NCBI GenBank assembly: GCA_964453135.1
Contig: CAYVOL010000003.1
Location: 33,976 to 97,975 of the forward strand
Direction of reading: 5' to 3'
DNA: 64,000 bases
From: an uncultured Candidatus Saccharibacteria bacterium
Lineage (GTDB): Bacteria > Patescibacteriota > Minisyncoccia > UBA6257 > UBA9933
In this document: positions 1-10,689 of the stretch, in pieces
How positions within the stretch are numbered: position 1 is the first letter of the stretch
Layout: every line of letters starts with the position of its first letter
Made by a program: the position numbers and the translations under genes
Notes under the pieces: model-generated
Seen by the model: only the letters and a program-made list of their open reading frames with translations
The model's database searches: none
Told to the model about the DNA's origin: nothing

Positions 1-180
1 CCCAAAATTATTATCCCCGTTTTTTACAAAGTGCCGGGTTTGAAACGGCCGGCGGAAGATTTAAAAATTTTTGCCGACGAGTTCAATCACGGAGAAGCGG
101 AGCAGTTGGAAAAACTCACTGTCAAAAAAAGAGATTTAGCTTCCGCGAAAACTATGCAGTTAAAGACATTTAAGTTTTAA
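1..180 (+). CDS. 3' end of a gene, probably an MBL-fold metallo-hydrolase (partial)
   Basis: Frame 1 is open from the window edge and reads PKIIIPVFYKVPGLK...EKLTVKKRDL..., with stop TAA at 178-180. This resembles the C-terminus of short MBL-fold Zn hydrolases. Confidence 0.55.
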   Translation, partial: PKIIIPVFYKVPGLKRPAEDLKIFADEFNHGEAEQLEKLTVKKRDLASAKTMQLKTFKF

Positions 181-193
181 TTTTTCACACGAT

Positions 194-238
194 TGTCATT
201 ATTGAGCATAGCGAGGAATTTATGTTGTTCAGGATGAC
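194..238. repeat. Degenerate copy of the TGTCATT...AGGATGAC palindromic element
   Basis: tgtcatt-attgagcatagcgaggaatt...ttcaggatgac matches the core ends of the elements at 22362, 26665 and 56473. Confidence 0.5.
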
Positions 239-267
239 GAAGGGAGGATCAGAAAAGTTTTTAAATA

Positions 268-609
268 ATGGAATTTTTCAAAGAACAATTAAAGAGAATT
301 CAAAATTCCGATGATGGAGAAAAGAAAAAATGGTTAATTATTCTCAGCGGGATTTCCATGGCAATAATAATAACGGCTTGGATTTTTTATATGAATATCT
401 TTGTGTTTCAGGCTAATAATCCTAACGAAGAAAGCGGAACTAAACTGGAATCGGTTAATGTTGAATTTTGGCCCGTGTTTAAAGCCGGAATGAAAACGAT
501 CGCTCGTGATGTCAGCGGAAAAATAGGCTTCGGTGTTTCGGAAATTTTGTTCAGATTTTCCAAAATTATCGGCGGACAGAAATCTATTGAGATAAAAAAC
601 AGCGAATAG
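268..609 (+). CDS. Hypothetical single-TM membrane protein
   Basis: 113-aa ORF with one hydrophobic helix (WLIILSGISMAIIITAWIFYM), lying between the upstream gene and gyrA. Confidence 0.7.
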   Translation: MEFFKEQLKRIQNSDDGEKKKWLIILSGISMAIIITAWIFYMNIFVFQANNPNEESGTKLESVNVEFWPVFKAGMKTIARDVSGKIGFGVSEILFRFSKIIGGQKSIEIKNSE

Positions 610-628
610 TTTGTAAGGTTAATCCACG

Positions 629-3091
629 ATGAATAGCAAAGAAAAAATTAAAAATGAGGGATTGCCCGAGCGCAAGGCGGGAGTAGAAAGGCGGGAAATA
701 TCCGATGAGCTGAAAGAATCTTATTTGGAATACGCGATGTCGGTTATTGTTTCGCGCGCCTTGCCGGACGTGCGTGACGGATTAAAGCCGGTGCAGCGGA
801 GGATTTTATGGGCAATGTGGGAAACCGGACTAAAAGCCGGAACAAAATTCAGGAAATCAGCCGCGGTGGTGGGCGAGACTTTGAAATCGTACCATCCGCA
901 CGGCGATATCGCGGTTTACGACGCTTTAGCGAGAATGACGCAGGATTTTTCCCTGCGCTATCCTTTGATTGACGGGCAGGGCAACTGGGGATCTATTGAC
1001 GGAGACAATCAGGCGGCGATGCGGTACACGGAATGCAGAATGTCTAAGATTTCCGAGGAGCTGATGTATGACATTGAAAAAGAAACTGTTGACTGGCAGC
1101 CTAATTACGACGCTACTACCGATGAGCCGAGAGTTTTGCCCGCTAAGCTACCTAACCTTTTAATCAACGGCGCTTCGGGCATTGCCGTCGGCATGGCCAC
1201 CAATATCCCGCCTCACAATTTAAGCGAGGTGATTGAGGCAACAACGCATTTAATAGAGCATCCCAAATCTTCCACCGAAGATTTGCTGAATTTCATCAAA
1301 GGCCCTGATTTCCCGACCGGCGGAATTATCTACGATAAAAAAGCGATTTTGGAAGCGTACGCCACCGGGCGGGGCAGCGTTACCACCCGGGCGGTTTCGG
1401 AAATTCAGGAAAGAAAAAACGGGCAATACAACATTGTTATCACCGAAATTCCTTATCAAGTGAATAAAGCGGAAATGATTGCCAAAATGGCCCAGCTGGC
1501 GCAGGAGAAAAAAATAGAAGGCATCCGCGACTTGCGCGACGAAAGCGACCGCGAAGGATTGCGCATCGTTGTTGAGTTGAAAAGCGACGCTTCAGCTCAA
1601 AAAATACTTAACCAGCTTTACAAGCATACCGACTTACAGAAGAATTTTAACTTTAATATGATCGCGTTGACTTCCGGAGGTATTCAGCCCCAGCTTTTGT
1701 CGCTGAAAGAAATTCTGGAATTTCACGTTGAGCATCGCAAAGAAGTGGTGCGGCGCCGGGCGGAGTTTGAACTGAAAAAAGCGAAAGAAAGGGCGCATAT
1801 TTTGGAAGGATTAGCCAAGGCGCTTTCTGTTATTGACCAGATAATCGCCACTATTAAAAAATCGCGCGACCGCGAAGAGGCCCGTTTGAATTTGATGAAG
1901 AATTTTTCGCTTACCGAAATTCAAGCCAACGCCATTTTAGATATGAAGCTGGCGACTTTGGCGGCTTTGGAAAGGGAGAAAATAGAAGAAGAACTGGCGG
2001 AGAAAAAACAGCTTATTAAAGAATTGGAAATTTTGCTGAAGAGTCCGGAAAAAATTTTGAAAGTCGTCAAAGACGAACTTTTGGAATTGAAAAATAAATT
2101 TGGCGATGAAAGAAAAACGAAAGTGGTGGCCGGAGGGATCAAGGAATTTAAAGAAGAGGATTTAGTGCCGGAAGAAGAAACCATCATCACTATGTCGCAA
2201 AGGGGTTATATTAAAAGAGTGCCGCCGTCTATTTTTAAGGCGCAGAAAAGAGGGGGAAAGGGGCTGATTGGTTCGGATATCAACGAAGAAGACGCCTTGC
2301 TTCATTTTATTTCCGCCAATACCCATGACAACATTTTATTTTTTACCGACCAGGGGAAAGTTTTCCAGACCAAGGTTTACGAAATTCCGGCTGCTAGCCG
2401 CACCTCCAAGGGGAAAATAATCCAGAATTTTTTGGATATTCCTCCGGAAGAAAAAATCAGCGCCGTTATTTCTTATGGCAATACTTCTTCCCGAGACGGC
2501 GCTTATTTGGTAATGGCCACCAGAAACGGCACTATCAAGAAAACTTCCTTGGAAGATTTTGCCAATATCCGGCGTACCGGCATTATCGCCATTAACCTCC
2601 AGAAAGGGGATGCTTTGAAAGGGGCGAAGTTATCGGGCGGCGCGGATGAAATTTTAATCACCACAGCCAGAGGGCAATCAGTGCGTTTTAAGGAAAATCA
2701 ATTAAAATCTTTAGGGCGAAGCGCCGCCGGAGTACGCGCCATTAAACTAAAATCCGGAGATTCAGTGGCGGGATTTGATATAATAAATAAGATGAAAAAT
2801 TTATTGATAATCACGGAAAACGGGTTTGCCAAGCAAACTCCATTGAAAGAATACCGTTTGCAAAGAAGAGGAGGATCGGGGATAAAAACTGCTAAAATTA
2901 CGGCCAAGACCGGGCTGATTGCCGCGGCGCGCGCCATCTCAGACGAGGAAGAGATATTGGCTATTTCTGTCAAAGGACAAATCATCCGCACAACCCTTTC
3001 TTCCGTGCGCACTGCGGGCAGAGCCACCAGCGGAGTGAAAATAATGAAACTGAATTCAGGAGACAAAATCGCCGGAATAGCCGTGTTGTAG
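629..3091 (+). CDS. gyrA: DNA gyrase subunit A
   Basis: Motifs [29 protein letters not shown] and catalytic AAMRYTE, plus the GyrA-box QKRGGKG and C-terminal pinwheel repeats. Confidence 0.98.
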   Translation: MNSKEKIKNEGLPERKAGVERREISDELKESYLEYAMSVIVSRALPDVRDGLKPVQRRILWAMWETGLKAGTKFRKSAAVVGETLKSYHPHGDIAVYDALARMTQDFSLRYPLIDGQGNWGSIDGDNQAAMRYTECRMSKISEELMYDIEKETVDWQPNYDATTDEPRVLPAKLPNLLINGASGIAVGMATNIPPHNLSEVIEATTHLIEHPKSSTEDLLNFIKGPDFPTGGIIYDKKAILEAYATGRGSVTTRAVSEIQERKNGQYNIVITEIPYQVNKAEMIAKMAQLAQEKKIEGIRDLRDESDREGLRIVVELKSDASAQKILNQLYKHTDLQKNFNFNMIALTSGGIQPQLLSLKEILEFHVEHRKEVVRRRAEFELKKAKERAHILEGLAKALSVIDQIIATIKKSRDREEARLNLMKNFSLTEIQANAILDMKLATLAALEREKIEEELAEKKQLIKELEILLKSPEKILKVVKDELLELKNKFGDERKTKVVAGGIKEFKEEDLVPEEETIITMSQRGYIKRVPPSIFKAQKRGGKGLIGSDINEEDALLHFISANTHDNILFFTDQGKVFQTKVYEIPAASRTSKGKIIQNFLDIPPEEKISAVISYGNTSSRDGAYLVMATRNGTIKKTSLEDFANIRRTGIIAINLQKGDALKGAKLSGGADEILITTARGQSVRFKENQLKSLGRSAAGVRAIKLKSGDSVAGFDIINKMKNLLIITENGFAKQTPLKEYRLQRRGGSGIKTAKITAKTGLIAAARAISDEEEILAISVKGQIIRTTLSSVRTAGRATSGVKIMKLNSGDKIAGIAVL

Positions 3092-3151
3092 ATTGATCCG
3101 GAATTTTGAAACGTGGAACTTGAAATTTGAAATTTCAATATTGAAATCTTT

Positions 3152-4435
3152 ATGAATTTCACTAAATCGCAAAGCGTTATTATTTTAATCGGCGTTGCCG
3201 TTGTTTTGTTTTTCATTTTGGGGCTTTTGGGAATTATTCCTGTTTTTAAGACACCGCAGGACCGCAAGCCGGTTCAAGAAATCAGTCTTTCCATTTGGGG
3301 AATTGACGATAAATCTTTTTTTGAAGGAGTTTTGGATAAATTTAACCAATCTAACAGAAATATATCCATAAGCTACCGGTCTTTTGACGAGGCTTCTTAC
3401 GAGAACGCTCTCTTAAACGCCTTAGCGACCGGACAAGGGCCGGATATTTTTATGTTTCACCGCAGTTGGCTAAAAAAACACGGCGACAAAGTAGCCATAC
3501 CGTCAGCCACTCAGATTTCTTTGCCTGTTTTTCGCCAGCTTTTCCCCGATATTGCGGAAAGAGATTTTGTTTCCGACGGGAAAATTTATGCCCTGCCTTT
3601 GTATTTAGACACGGTGGCGATGTTTTACAACAAGGATATTTTTAATAATAAGGCCATCGCGGTTTTGCCGAAAACCTGGGACGATTTCCGTCTTTTAATT
3701 CCCTATTTGACCGAATACGACGTTAACCATCAGATTGTTAAATCCGCCGCCGCTGTCGGCGGGTCGGGAAAATCAATCAGCAAAGTCAGCGACCTTTTAA
3801 GTGCCCTGATGATTCAAAGCGGTTCGTCCATAGCGGATAGTTCGCGGATAAATAATTTTGACGCTCCGGCTGTTAAGGCGTTTGATTTTTATCTTCAATT
3901 CGCCAACGCCGGAAATGCTTACTACACTTGGAATGACGGGCTGGGCAATTCTCTGGATTCTTTTTCTGCCGCGAAAACCGCCGTAATTTTCAACTACGCC
4001 CGTTCTTTGGCGGATATTAAACGGAAAAATCCTTTTCTTAATTTTGCCGTTGCTCACTTGCCGCAATTTAATCCTTCCCAGCCGAAAAATTACGCCGACT
4101 ATTGGGGGTTGGCGGTGTCTAAACAAAGTCTTCATCCCGAGGAAGCGTGGAATTTTGCCATTGACCTTACTACCAACGCCAATACTAACTCAATGTATTT
4201 ACAGTCCAGCGGTTTGCCGCCGGCTTTAAGGACTTTGATCAATCAATACCAAAACGATGCTAATTTGAGTGTTTTCAGCCGGCAAGCGCTAAGCGCTTAC
4301 GCCATTTCCTATTCCGATAAAAATAAATTTGATTCCGTTATCTCCGATATGATAGAAGCTGTGCTGACCGGCAAGGCGAGCCAATCAGACGCCCTGGATC
4401 AAGCCCGGTTGAAATTAGCCGCCGGGGTTCAGTAA
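3152..4435 (+). CDS. Extracellular solute-binding protein (ABC sugar-binding family 1-like), membrane anchored
   Basis: N-terminal TM helix and SBP-type motifs ALATGQGPDIF, DGKIYALP, MFYNKDIF and PKTWDDF. Confidence 0.8.
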   Translation: MNFTKSQSVIILIGVAVVLFFILGLLGIIPVFKTPQDRKPVQEISLSIWGIDDKSFFEGVLDKFNQSNRNISISYRSFDEASYENALLNALATGQGPDIFMFHRSWLKKHGDKVAIPSATQISLPVFRQLFPDIAERDFVSDGKIYALPLYLDTVAMFYNKDIFNNKAIAVLPKTWDDFRLLIPYLTEYDVNHQIVKSAAAVGGSGKSISKVSDLLSALMIQSGSSIADSSRINNFDAPAVKAFDFYLQFANAGNAYYTWNDGLGNSLDSFSAAKTAVIFNYARSLADIKRKNPFLNFAVAHLPQFNPSQPKNYADYWGLAVSKQSLHPEEAWNFAIDLTTNANTNSMYLQSSGLPPALRTLINQYQNDANLSVFSRQALSAYAISYSDKNKFDSVISDMIEAVLTGKASQSDALDQARLKLAAGVQ

Positions 4436-4485
4436 TACCCGTAAATTATAAATTAGTTTCACGGTTCAAGTTTTAAGTTTTTCGC

Positions 4486-6195
4486 ATGCTTCATCTTCCT
4501 GTCCACAAACTAAAAGAAACTTTAATCGCCGATCAGCTTATTACGGCGGAAAATTTTGAAGAAATTTCCCAAGAGGGCGAGCGGCTTAACCAGAGAATTG
4601 AAGACATTTTAATTTCCCGCGGAATTGTTTCCCCTGATTATCTTTATAAATTTTTAGCCCGTTATTTAAACGTGGAGCTTATAGATTTGGACGAAGCCAA
4701 AATAGACCGGCAGGTTTTGCGTCTTTTGTCGCCGGATTTGGCTAATCAAAAGAGGGTCATTCTTTTCAAAAAGGAAGCGGATGGAATTTTGGACGCGGCA
4801 ATGGAAGATCCCAGTGATTTGAAGACCATTGAATTTCTGGAAAGATTTTTGAAAGCGAAAGTGAAGCCGTTTTTAGTGCGGCCTGTTGATATGGAAAAGG
4901 GGTTTGCCATTTACAGCCGCCAGCAAACAGAGGATTTTAAAAAAACGATTCAGGAAAATGTTCAGCACAGTTTGCAGATAAGGGAGCAGAATATAGAAAA
5001 AGCGGCCAATGCCGTTCCGGTGGTGGCTTTGGTGGAAAATTTTCTCGCTTACGCCGCAACATCGCGCGCTTCCGATGTTCATATTGAGACTTTGGAAAAC
5101 GAAATTGTCGTCCGCTTCAGGATTGACGGAATTCTTCGCGAAATAATCCGCATTCCCAAGGAAGCTCATCTTCCTATTTTGGCCCGGTTGAAACTTTTAT
5201 CCAACTTGAAAATTGACGAACACTATAAACCGCAGGACGGACGTTTCAATATTAAAGTCGGAGAGGAGAAGGTGGATATCCGCGTTTCCATTATGCCCAC
5301 AATTTTTGGAGAGAAGATTGAAATGCGTCTTTTGCCTGCCACGCAAAAGCCGCTGTCTTTTGAGGAATTGGGAATGATGGAAGACACGATTAAATTATTT
5401 AAGGAAAATTTGGAAAAAACTTTCGGCATCGTTTTAGTTTGCGGGCCGACAGGAGCGGGAAAAACCACCACTCTTTACGCGGTGTTGAATATTCTTAACA
5501 AGCCCGAAGTCAATATTGTGACCATTGAAGACCCCATTGAATATTACATAAAATACGTTAATCAAACGCAGGTTAATACGACAGCCGGGATTACTTTTGC
5601 CAATGCTTTGCGCGCTTTTCTGCGGCAGGATCCTAATATTATTATGGTCGGCGAGGTGCGCGATGAAGAGACGGCGGAAATTTCCGTTCATGCCGCTTTG
5701 ACCGGACATTTGGTGTTGTCGTCTCTTCACACTAACACCGCCGCCGCGGCTGTGCCCCGTTTGATAGACATGAAAGTTCCTCCTTTTCTGGTATCGGCGG
5801 TTCTTAACGCTGTTTTGGCGCAACGTCTCGCGAGAAAAATCTGTCCCAGCTGTATAGAATCTTTCTCTTTGAGCGAAGAACAAATTAGCATCATCACAAA
5901 TCAGCTGAAAGAAATAGAGGGGCACGCCGATTTTGAATTGCCGAAGATATCTTTTCACGGCAAGGGGTGTTCGGCCTGCAACTTCAGCGGATATCAGGGG
6001 CGCGTTGGCATCTTTGAACTTCTTAATATTGACAACGAAATCAGGGACCTCATCAATTCCCCGCAATTCGCTTTGGATAAGATGGAGCAATTGGCAAAAA
6101 AGAAGGGAATGATTACAATGTTTGAAGATGGCTTACGCAAGGTGGGCTTGGGAATGACAACCGTTGAAGAGGTGTTAAGGGTTATCAGGGAATAG
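4486..6195 (+). CDS. pilB: Type IV pilus assembly ATPase PilB/GspE
   Basis: ASDVHIE, Walker A GPTGAGKTTT, TIEDPIE, LRQDPNIIMVGEVRD, LTGHLVLSSLHTN and tetracysteine CPSC/CSAC. Confidence 0.95.
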   Translation: MLHLPVHKLKETLIADQLITAENFEEISQEGERLNQRIEDILISRGIVSPDYLYKFLARYLNVELIDLDEAKIDRQVLRLLSPDLANQKRVILFKKEADGILDAAMEDPSDLKTIEFLERFLKAKVKPFLVRPVDMEKGFAIYSRQQTEDFKKTIQENVQHSLQIREQNIEKAANAVPVVALVENFLAYAATSRASDVHIETLENEIVVRFRIDGILREIIRIPKEAHLPILARLKLLSNLKIDEHYKPQDGRFNIKVGEEKVDIRVSIMPTIFGEKIEMRLLPATQKPLSFEELGMMEDTIKLFKENLEKTFGIVLVCGPTGAGKTTTLYAVLNILNKPEVNIVTIEDPIEYYIKYVNQTQVNTTAGITFANALRAFLRQDPNIIMVGEVRDEETAEISVHAALTGHLVLSSLHTNTAAAAVPRLIDMKVPPFLVSAVLNAVLAQRLARKICPSCIESFSLSEEQISIITNQLKEIEGHADFELPKISFHGKGCSACNFSGYQGRVGIFELLNIDNEIRDLINSPQFALDKMEQLAKKKGMITMFEDGLRKVGLGMTTVEEVLRVIRE

Positions 6196-6206
6196 TTTGA
6201 AATTTT

Positions 6207-7424
6207 ATGAGGTTTCACTATGTTGCCGCTCAAAACGACGGCAAGACAATTGAAGGAGAAACGACAGCCAGCGATGCGGCGGAAGTTTTGAGTTATCTGG
6301 TTTCCCGCGGGTTAAAACCCATTTCTTTAAAAAAGGAGAAATCTTTTGAAGTCAAAAACGATTGGCGCTATCTTTTTCGTTCCGCCATCACGATTGAAGA
6401 CAAGATTTTTCTCACCAAATATCTTGCATTGATGTTGAAAACCGGCAGCGACCTTTTCCGCGCCATTGATATTTTAATCGCCGATTTTGACAAGCCGTCA
6501 ATGCGTTCTTTTCTTTACGAGATTCGCGAGAATCTGGAGCGCGGCCAGGCTTTTTACCGGATTTTTGCCCGTTATCCGCGGTACTTTTCCACTGTCTTCG
6601 TTAATTTGGTAAAAGCGGGAGAGACTACTGGAACTTTGGATAAAACTTTTGAAGATTTAAGCAAAAGTCTTCAAAAAGAAGATAGCCTTCGCCGTGAAAT
6701 CAGTTCTTCTTTAATCTACCCGATAATTTTAGTGATGCTTTCTTTGGGAATTGTTTTTATTCTGGTCAGTTTTGTTTTGCCGAAAATTTCTGATTTGTTC
6801 AGCAGCGGCAATTTTAACCCTCCTCCTTTTTCCCGCATAGTGTTTGGCGTGGGCCGCTTTTTTAACGATTATCTTCTGGTATTTTTAACTTTTTTCTTTG
6901 TCTCGGGAGCGGGATTGTTTTTGGCTTGGCGCCAGTCGGCGGTGTTCAGGCAGATCGCCCACACTTTATTTTTTCGCGTTCCTTTGGTTGGTCCGGTTTT
7001 AAGAAGAATATCCCTGCAAAGATTCTGCTCCACGCTCGGGGCTTTATTGGCTTCGGGAATCCCTTTGGTTGATTGTTTGAATATAACGGCGCAAGTGGTG
7101 GGCGACGAAGAAATGAAGCAGGCGCTTTTAAGGATTTCCCAGGAAGGAGTCTTGAAAGGGGTGGTTTTGGGTGACGCTTTTAAAAGAGAGGCGGTTTTCC
7201 CCCGGGTGCTTGTCAATTTAATCGCCATTTCGGAGAAAGGAGGAAGTTTGTCCGCGATACTTATCACTTTATCCGATTTTTACGAAGGAGAAATAAAAAC
7301 TTCCCTTAAGACGATGCTTACTTTTTTGGAGCCGGCGCTTTTGGTTTTTATCGGCGCTATTGTCGCTTTGATCGCCGCGTCCATTTTGGTCCCCATTTAC
7401 CAGTTGTTCGGAAGTTTTAAGTGA
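6207..7424 (+). CDS. pilC: Type IV pilus inner-membrane platform PilC/GspF
   Basis: Two T2SSF repeats (AGETTGTLD, LIYPII, LEPALL) and three TM segments; directly follows pilB. Confidence 0.93.
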   Translation: MRFHYVAAQNDGKTIEGETTASDAAEVLSYLVSRGLKPISLKKEKSFEVKNDWRYLFRSAITIEDKIFLTKYLALMLKTGSDLFRAIDILIADFDKPSMRSFLYEIRENLERGQAFYRIFARYPRYFSTVFVNLVKAGETTGTLDKTFEDLSKSLQKEDSLRREISSSLIYPIILVMLSLGIVFILVSFVLPKISDLFSSGNFNPPPFSRIVFGVGRFFNDYLLVFLTFFFVSGAGLFLAWRQSAVFRQIAHTLFFRVPLVGPVLRRISLQRFCSTLGALLASGIPLVDCLNITAQVVGDEEMKQALLRISQEGVLKGVVLGDAFKREAVFPRVLVNLIAISEKGGSLSAILITLSDFYEGEIKTSLKTMLTFLEPALLVFIGAIVALIAASILVPIYQLFGSFK

Positions 7425-7462
7425 AATCGTGTTAAGCGTCAAGTATTAAGTGTCAGGCGCGA

Positions 7463-7972
7463 ATGTTTATGTTTCAAGAATTAAAACATCTTTGTGATAA
7501 ACGGATTTATTCCATGCATAAAATTTTGCGCATGGGGTTCACTTTGGTGGAAATTCTTATTGTTTTGGGAGTGATCGCTGTTCTGGCTTCGTTTACCGGT
7601 TTGAATCTGGTGGGCATTTATCACCAGCGGAATTTAAACAATTATTCTTTGAAAATTGTTTATATTTTGCGGGCGGCGCGTGACAAGTCTATTAATCAGG
7701 AAAACGCCAGCGGGTGGGGCGTCCATTTTGATAATTCTTCCAGCAGCTTTGCTTTATTCCAGGGGAGCAGTTATAATTCAGGAATAGTTTATCAATATAT
7801 TAGGTTGAGTTCCGATGTTCAATTTGTCGCTCCGGCTTCCGGTCAAGATATTGTCTTCGCCAAAATTACCGGTTTGCCTAGCTCCACTTCTTCCGTTATA
7901 ATTTCTTTAGTTAATGATGCTAATACTTCCAGTACCATCACTATTAATTCCAACGGAGAAACAAGCAATTAA
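7463..7972 (+). CDS. Prepilin-type protein (FimT/GspH-like minor pilin); true start possibly 7514
   Basis: Class III signal G|FTLVEILIVLGVIAVL. Confidence 0.85.
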   Translation: MFMFQELKHLCDKRIYSMHKILRMGFTLVEILIVLGVIAVLASFTGLNLVGIYHQRNLNNYSLKIVYILRAARDKSINQENASGWGVHFDNSSSSFALFQGSSYNSGIVYQYIRLSSDVQFVAPASGQDIVFAKITGLPSSTSSVIISLVNDANTSSTITINSNGETSN

Positions 7973-8049
7973 TCTAGTTCATAAAAGTTCGTAAAGTTTT
8001 TAAGATTAATAAAGTCAAAATTAATCAAGGTCGCTAATAATAAAGACAT

Positions 8050-8586
8050 ATGAAAATATTTAACAGCGGGTCGCGGGGTTTTACTCTCATAGAGCTTTTG
8101 GTGGTTATTTCTATTATCGGCATTTTGGCCGGCATATTTTTGAACAAAATAGGAGATTTCCGAAAGCAAGCGGAGGATGCCAGAAGGTTGGCTGACTTGC
8201 GGCATGTCCAGACATTACTGGAGCTTTTTTACAACAAGTGTAATCTTTATCCCGCTAACGGAGTTGACCCGGCGACCTGTACTTCGGCACCGCAGAATGC
8301 AACCCCTGGAGAACTTACATGGGATAATCTTAGAACAAATCTCGTTAACGCGGGAATAGGCATTGTGTCTAAAGATAATATACCGAAAGATCCCGATGCT
8401 AATAGGAGTTATCAATATATAAGCGATGGCTCCAATTATGTTTTGCGGGCTGATTTGAAAAAAGACAACCAGGTTCTGAAAGATAGCGCCAAAAACAATG
8501 GTATAAAAGATGCTTTTAAAAGCCTTATAAATTGTGATACAGCCGACAGTGCCAATGAGCATTACTCTTATTGTATAGAGTTTTGA
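8050..8586 (+). CDS. Type IV pilin (GspG/PilA-like)
   Basis: RG|FTLIELLVVISIIGILAG, DARRLADL...LELF and IPKDP...YQY motifs; C-terminal Cys pair. Confidence 0.9.
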   Translation: MKIFNSGSRGFTLIELLVVISIIGILAGIFLNKIGDFRKQAEDARRLADLRHVQTLLELFYNKCNLYPANGVDPATCTSAPQNATPGELTWDNLRTNLVNAGIGIVSKDNIPKDPDANRSYQYISDGSNYVLRADLKKDNQVLKDSAKNNGIKDAFKSLINCDTADSANEHYSYCIEF

Positions 8587-8587
8587 T

Positions 8588-9490
8588 ATGGCAGTTTATT
8601 TTTTTCTTTTTATTTCTGGTTTGGCGGCCGGCAGTTTTTTGAACGTTATTTCGCTGCGATACTGCGAGTTAAATTCGGAAAATAATCCAGAAGCCAGAAG
8701 CTATAACCTAAAAGCTATTATTGGCGGCCGGTCGCGATGCCCTCATTGTCAAAAAACTTTAAAGTGGTATGAACTCATACCGCTTTTTAGTTTTGTCGTT
8801 CAAAAAAGACGTTGTCGGAATTGCGGAGAAAAATTATCCTGGCAGTATCCGATTGTGGAGATTTTAGCCGGATTAATTTTTGTTTTTGTCCCGTTTTCTT
8901 TGAATCATCTTTTGGGTTTTTCGGGGAGTTCGGATGTATTCGTAGTCTTGTATTCTATTGTTTGGATTTTTATTTTTTTGCTTTTTCTTCTTCTTTCCGC
9001 CATTGATTTTCGGCTTTATATTATTCCCGATTCCGTAAATTTATCATTGGCAATCTTGGGCGCGTCTTTGATTGTTTTAAATTCTAAACCTTATATCCCG
9101 AATTCTAATTACTCACTTTCTTTCCTTGGCTATTACTCTTCGCTTTTTCCGCAAATCAATAATGTTTGGCTTAATCATTTGTCCGCCGCTTTTCTGGCAA
9201 TGTTTTTCTTTGGCGCCGTAATTTTAATAACCAAGGGGAGGGGAATGGGCTGGGGAGATTTTAAATTAGGGGGCGCCTTAGGAATTATTTTCGGCTGGCC
9301 GGATATTTTAGCGGTTTTGGCTTTGGCTTTTATTGTCGGCGCTCTGGCAGGAGTTTTCTTATTGACAAAAGGAAAGAAAAAAATGAAAGACGCGGTTCCT
9401 TTCGGTCCGTTTTTAGTAATAGGGGCGGCTTTGGTTTTCTTTTTCGGCTATAATATTTTGCAGATTTATTTTAGGATTTTTTTGCTATAA
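8588..9490 (+). CDS. pilD: Prepilin peptidase PilD (A24)
   Basis: GSFLNV, RSRCPHC...CRNC Zn motif, catalytic AIDFR and GMGWGDFKL, and VPFGPFL. Confidence 0.95.
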   Translation: MAVYFFLFISGLAAGSFLNVISLRYCELNSENNPEARSYNLKAIIGGRSRCPHCQKTLKWYELIPLFSFVVQKRRCRNCGEKLSWQYPIVEILAGLIFVFVPFSLNHLLGFSGSSDVFVVLYSIVWIFIFLLFLLLSAIDFRLYIIPDSVNLSLAILGASLIVLNSKPYIPNSNYSLSFLGYYSSLFPQINNVWLNHLSAAFLAMFFFGAVILITKGRGMGWGDFKLGGALGIIFGWPDILAVLALAFIVGALAGVFLLTKGKKKMKDAVPFGPFLVIGAALVFFFGYNILQIYFRIFLL

Positions 9491-9498
9491 TATTAAGA

Positions 9499-10083
9499 AT
9501 GATTTTCGGGCAACCTGATACAAGATACAAGCCGCGAAGGGCGCGGGGCTTTACCCTGATAGAGATGCTGGTTACTTTTTCCGTGATTGCCATTTTGTCC
9601 GGCGTGGTTATTCTTTACAACAACGCGGGGCGAGAACAATTAGAATTGTTTCAGGCGCAAAATCAGGTAGCAAGTGTTTTGAATCAAGCCAAGTCGTTTA
9701 CCCTGCAGTTTTATAATGGGGATTCCCGGCGGGACTGCGGCTATGGAGTCCATTTTGACGCCTCGGGAAATTCCTATTTTATTTTCAAAAGCAAAAAAAC
9801 TATTTCAACGGAAAATTGTATGGATTTGAGCCGGCCGGACGCTTACGACCAGACAAGAGACGATGATTTAAGCAAAAAATACAAATTTTCCCTGCCGTCC
9901 TCTTTGCAGTTTGACTCTGCGGGATTTATTTCCGATGTCGTTTTTATTTATCCCAGAGTTAATACCGTTATTATCCGGGGAGGAGTAGAAATAGACGAGG
10001 GGAAGATTACATTAATCAGCAAAGACGGGGCGTATAATAAAGTTGTGGGAATTAATAAAATTGGGCAAGTGTCGGCGCAGTAA
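9499..10083 (+). CDS. Prepilin-type minor pilin (FimT-like)
   Basis: RG|FTLIEMLVTFSVIAILSG; shares the GYGVHFD motif with the ORF at 7463. Confidence 0.88.
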   Translation: MIFGQPDTRYKPRRARGFTLIEMLVTFSVIAILSGVVILYNNAGREQLELFQAQNQVASVLNQAKSFTLQFYNGDSRRDCGYGVHFDASGNSYFIFKSKKTISTENCMDLSRPDAYDQTRDDDLSKKYKFSLPSSLQFDSAGFISDVVFIYPRVNTVIIRGGVEIDEGKITLISKDGAYNKVVGINKIGQVSAQ

Positions 10084-10132
10084 ACCGGCGCAATGTGAGA
10101 CGTTAAACATAAAACATAAAAAACATTGTAAA

Positions 10133-10639
10133 ATGCTACGCGCTACATATTATAAGTTTACGAGCAATAGGGGACAGCTAATTGTGGAAGCGGTGATTGC
10201 TATTTTTTTCATTACCACCGCGGTTTTGATATTTGTGGGGCTTTTGGCGCGTTCCTCTGGGGTTAATACGGTGATTGCCGACCAATACACCGCCACTTAT
10301 CTGGCGAGCGAAGGCATTGAAGTGGTGAAAAATATTATTGACGAAAATGTTAAACAGGGGAGAGCGTGGAATGACGGGATAAACAACGGGGATTACGCCG
10401 CGCAATATAACAGCGCGAAATTAGACAACACTTATAATTACAATAATTTTATAGATTTTGACGGCAACGCTCATTTTTTCCAATACGACAACGGAACCCC
10501 TACGCCTTACCGGCGGAAAATCACCATCGTAAACATCTCGGCGGATCATATAGATGTTATTTCCGCTGTTAATTGGAATTCGCACGGCCTAAGCCAGAGA
10601 GTGAATTTGGAGGACCATTTTTATAATTGGAGGCAATAA
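10133..10639 (+). CDS. Minor pilin (PilV-like); ORF track start 10043, more likely ATG 10133
   Basis: RG|QLIVEAVIAIFFI, then ATYLASEGIEVVKN, the typical minor-pilin pattern. Confidence 0.8.
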   Translation: MLRATYYKFTSNRGQLIVEAVIAIFFITTAVLIFVGLLARSSGVNTVIADQYTATYLASEGIEVVKNIIDENVKQGRAWNDGINNGDYAAQYNSAKLDNTYNYNNFIDFDGNAHFFQYDNGTPTPYRRKITIVNISADHIDVISAVNWNSHGLSQRVNLEDHFYNWRQ

Positions 10640-10689
10640 ATAAGCTTTAAGCTTTTAGCTCCTAGCTTTCAGTATCTAATTTAACTTCG

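Noticed and set aside
1250-6233. Numerous antisense/overlapping ORFs (e.g. 2698..3267, 5434..6090) and similar ones across the window
   Set aside because: They are shadows of well-supported genes on the opposite strand or in another frame, with no recognisable motifs.
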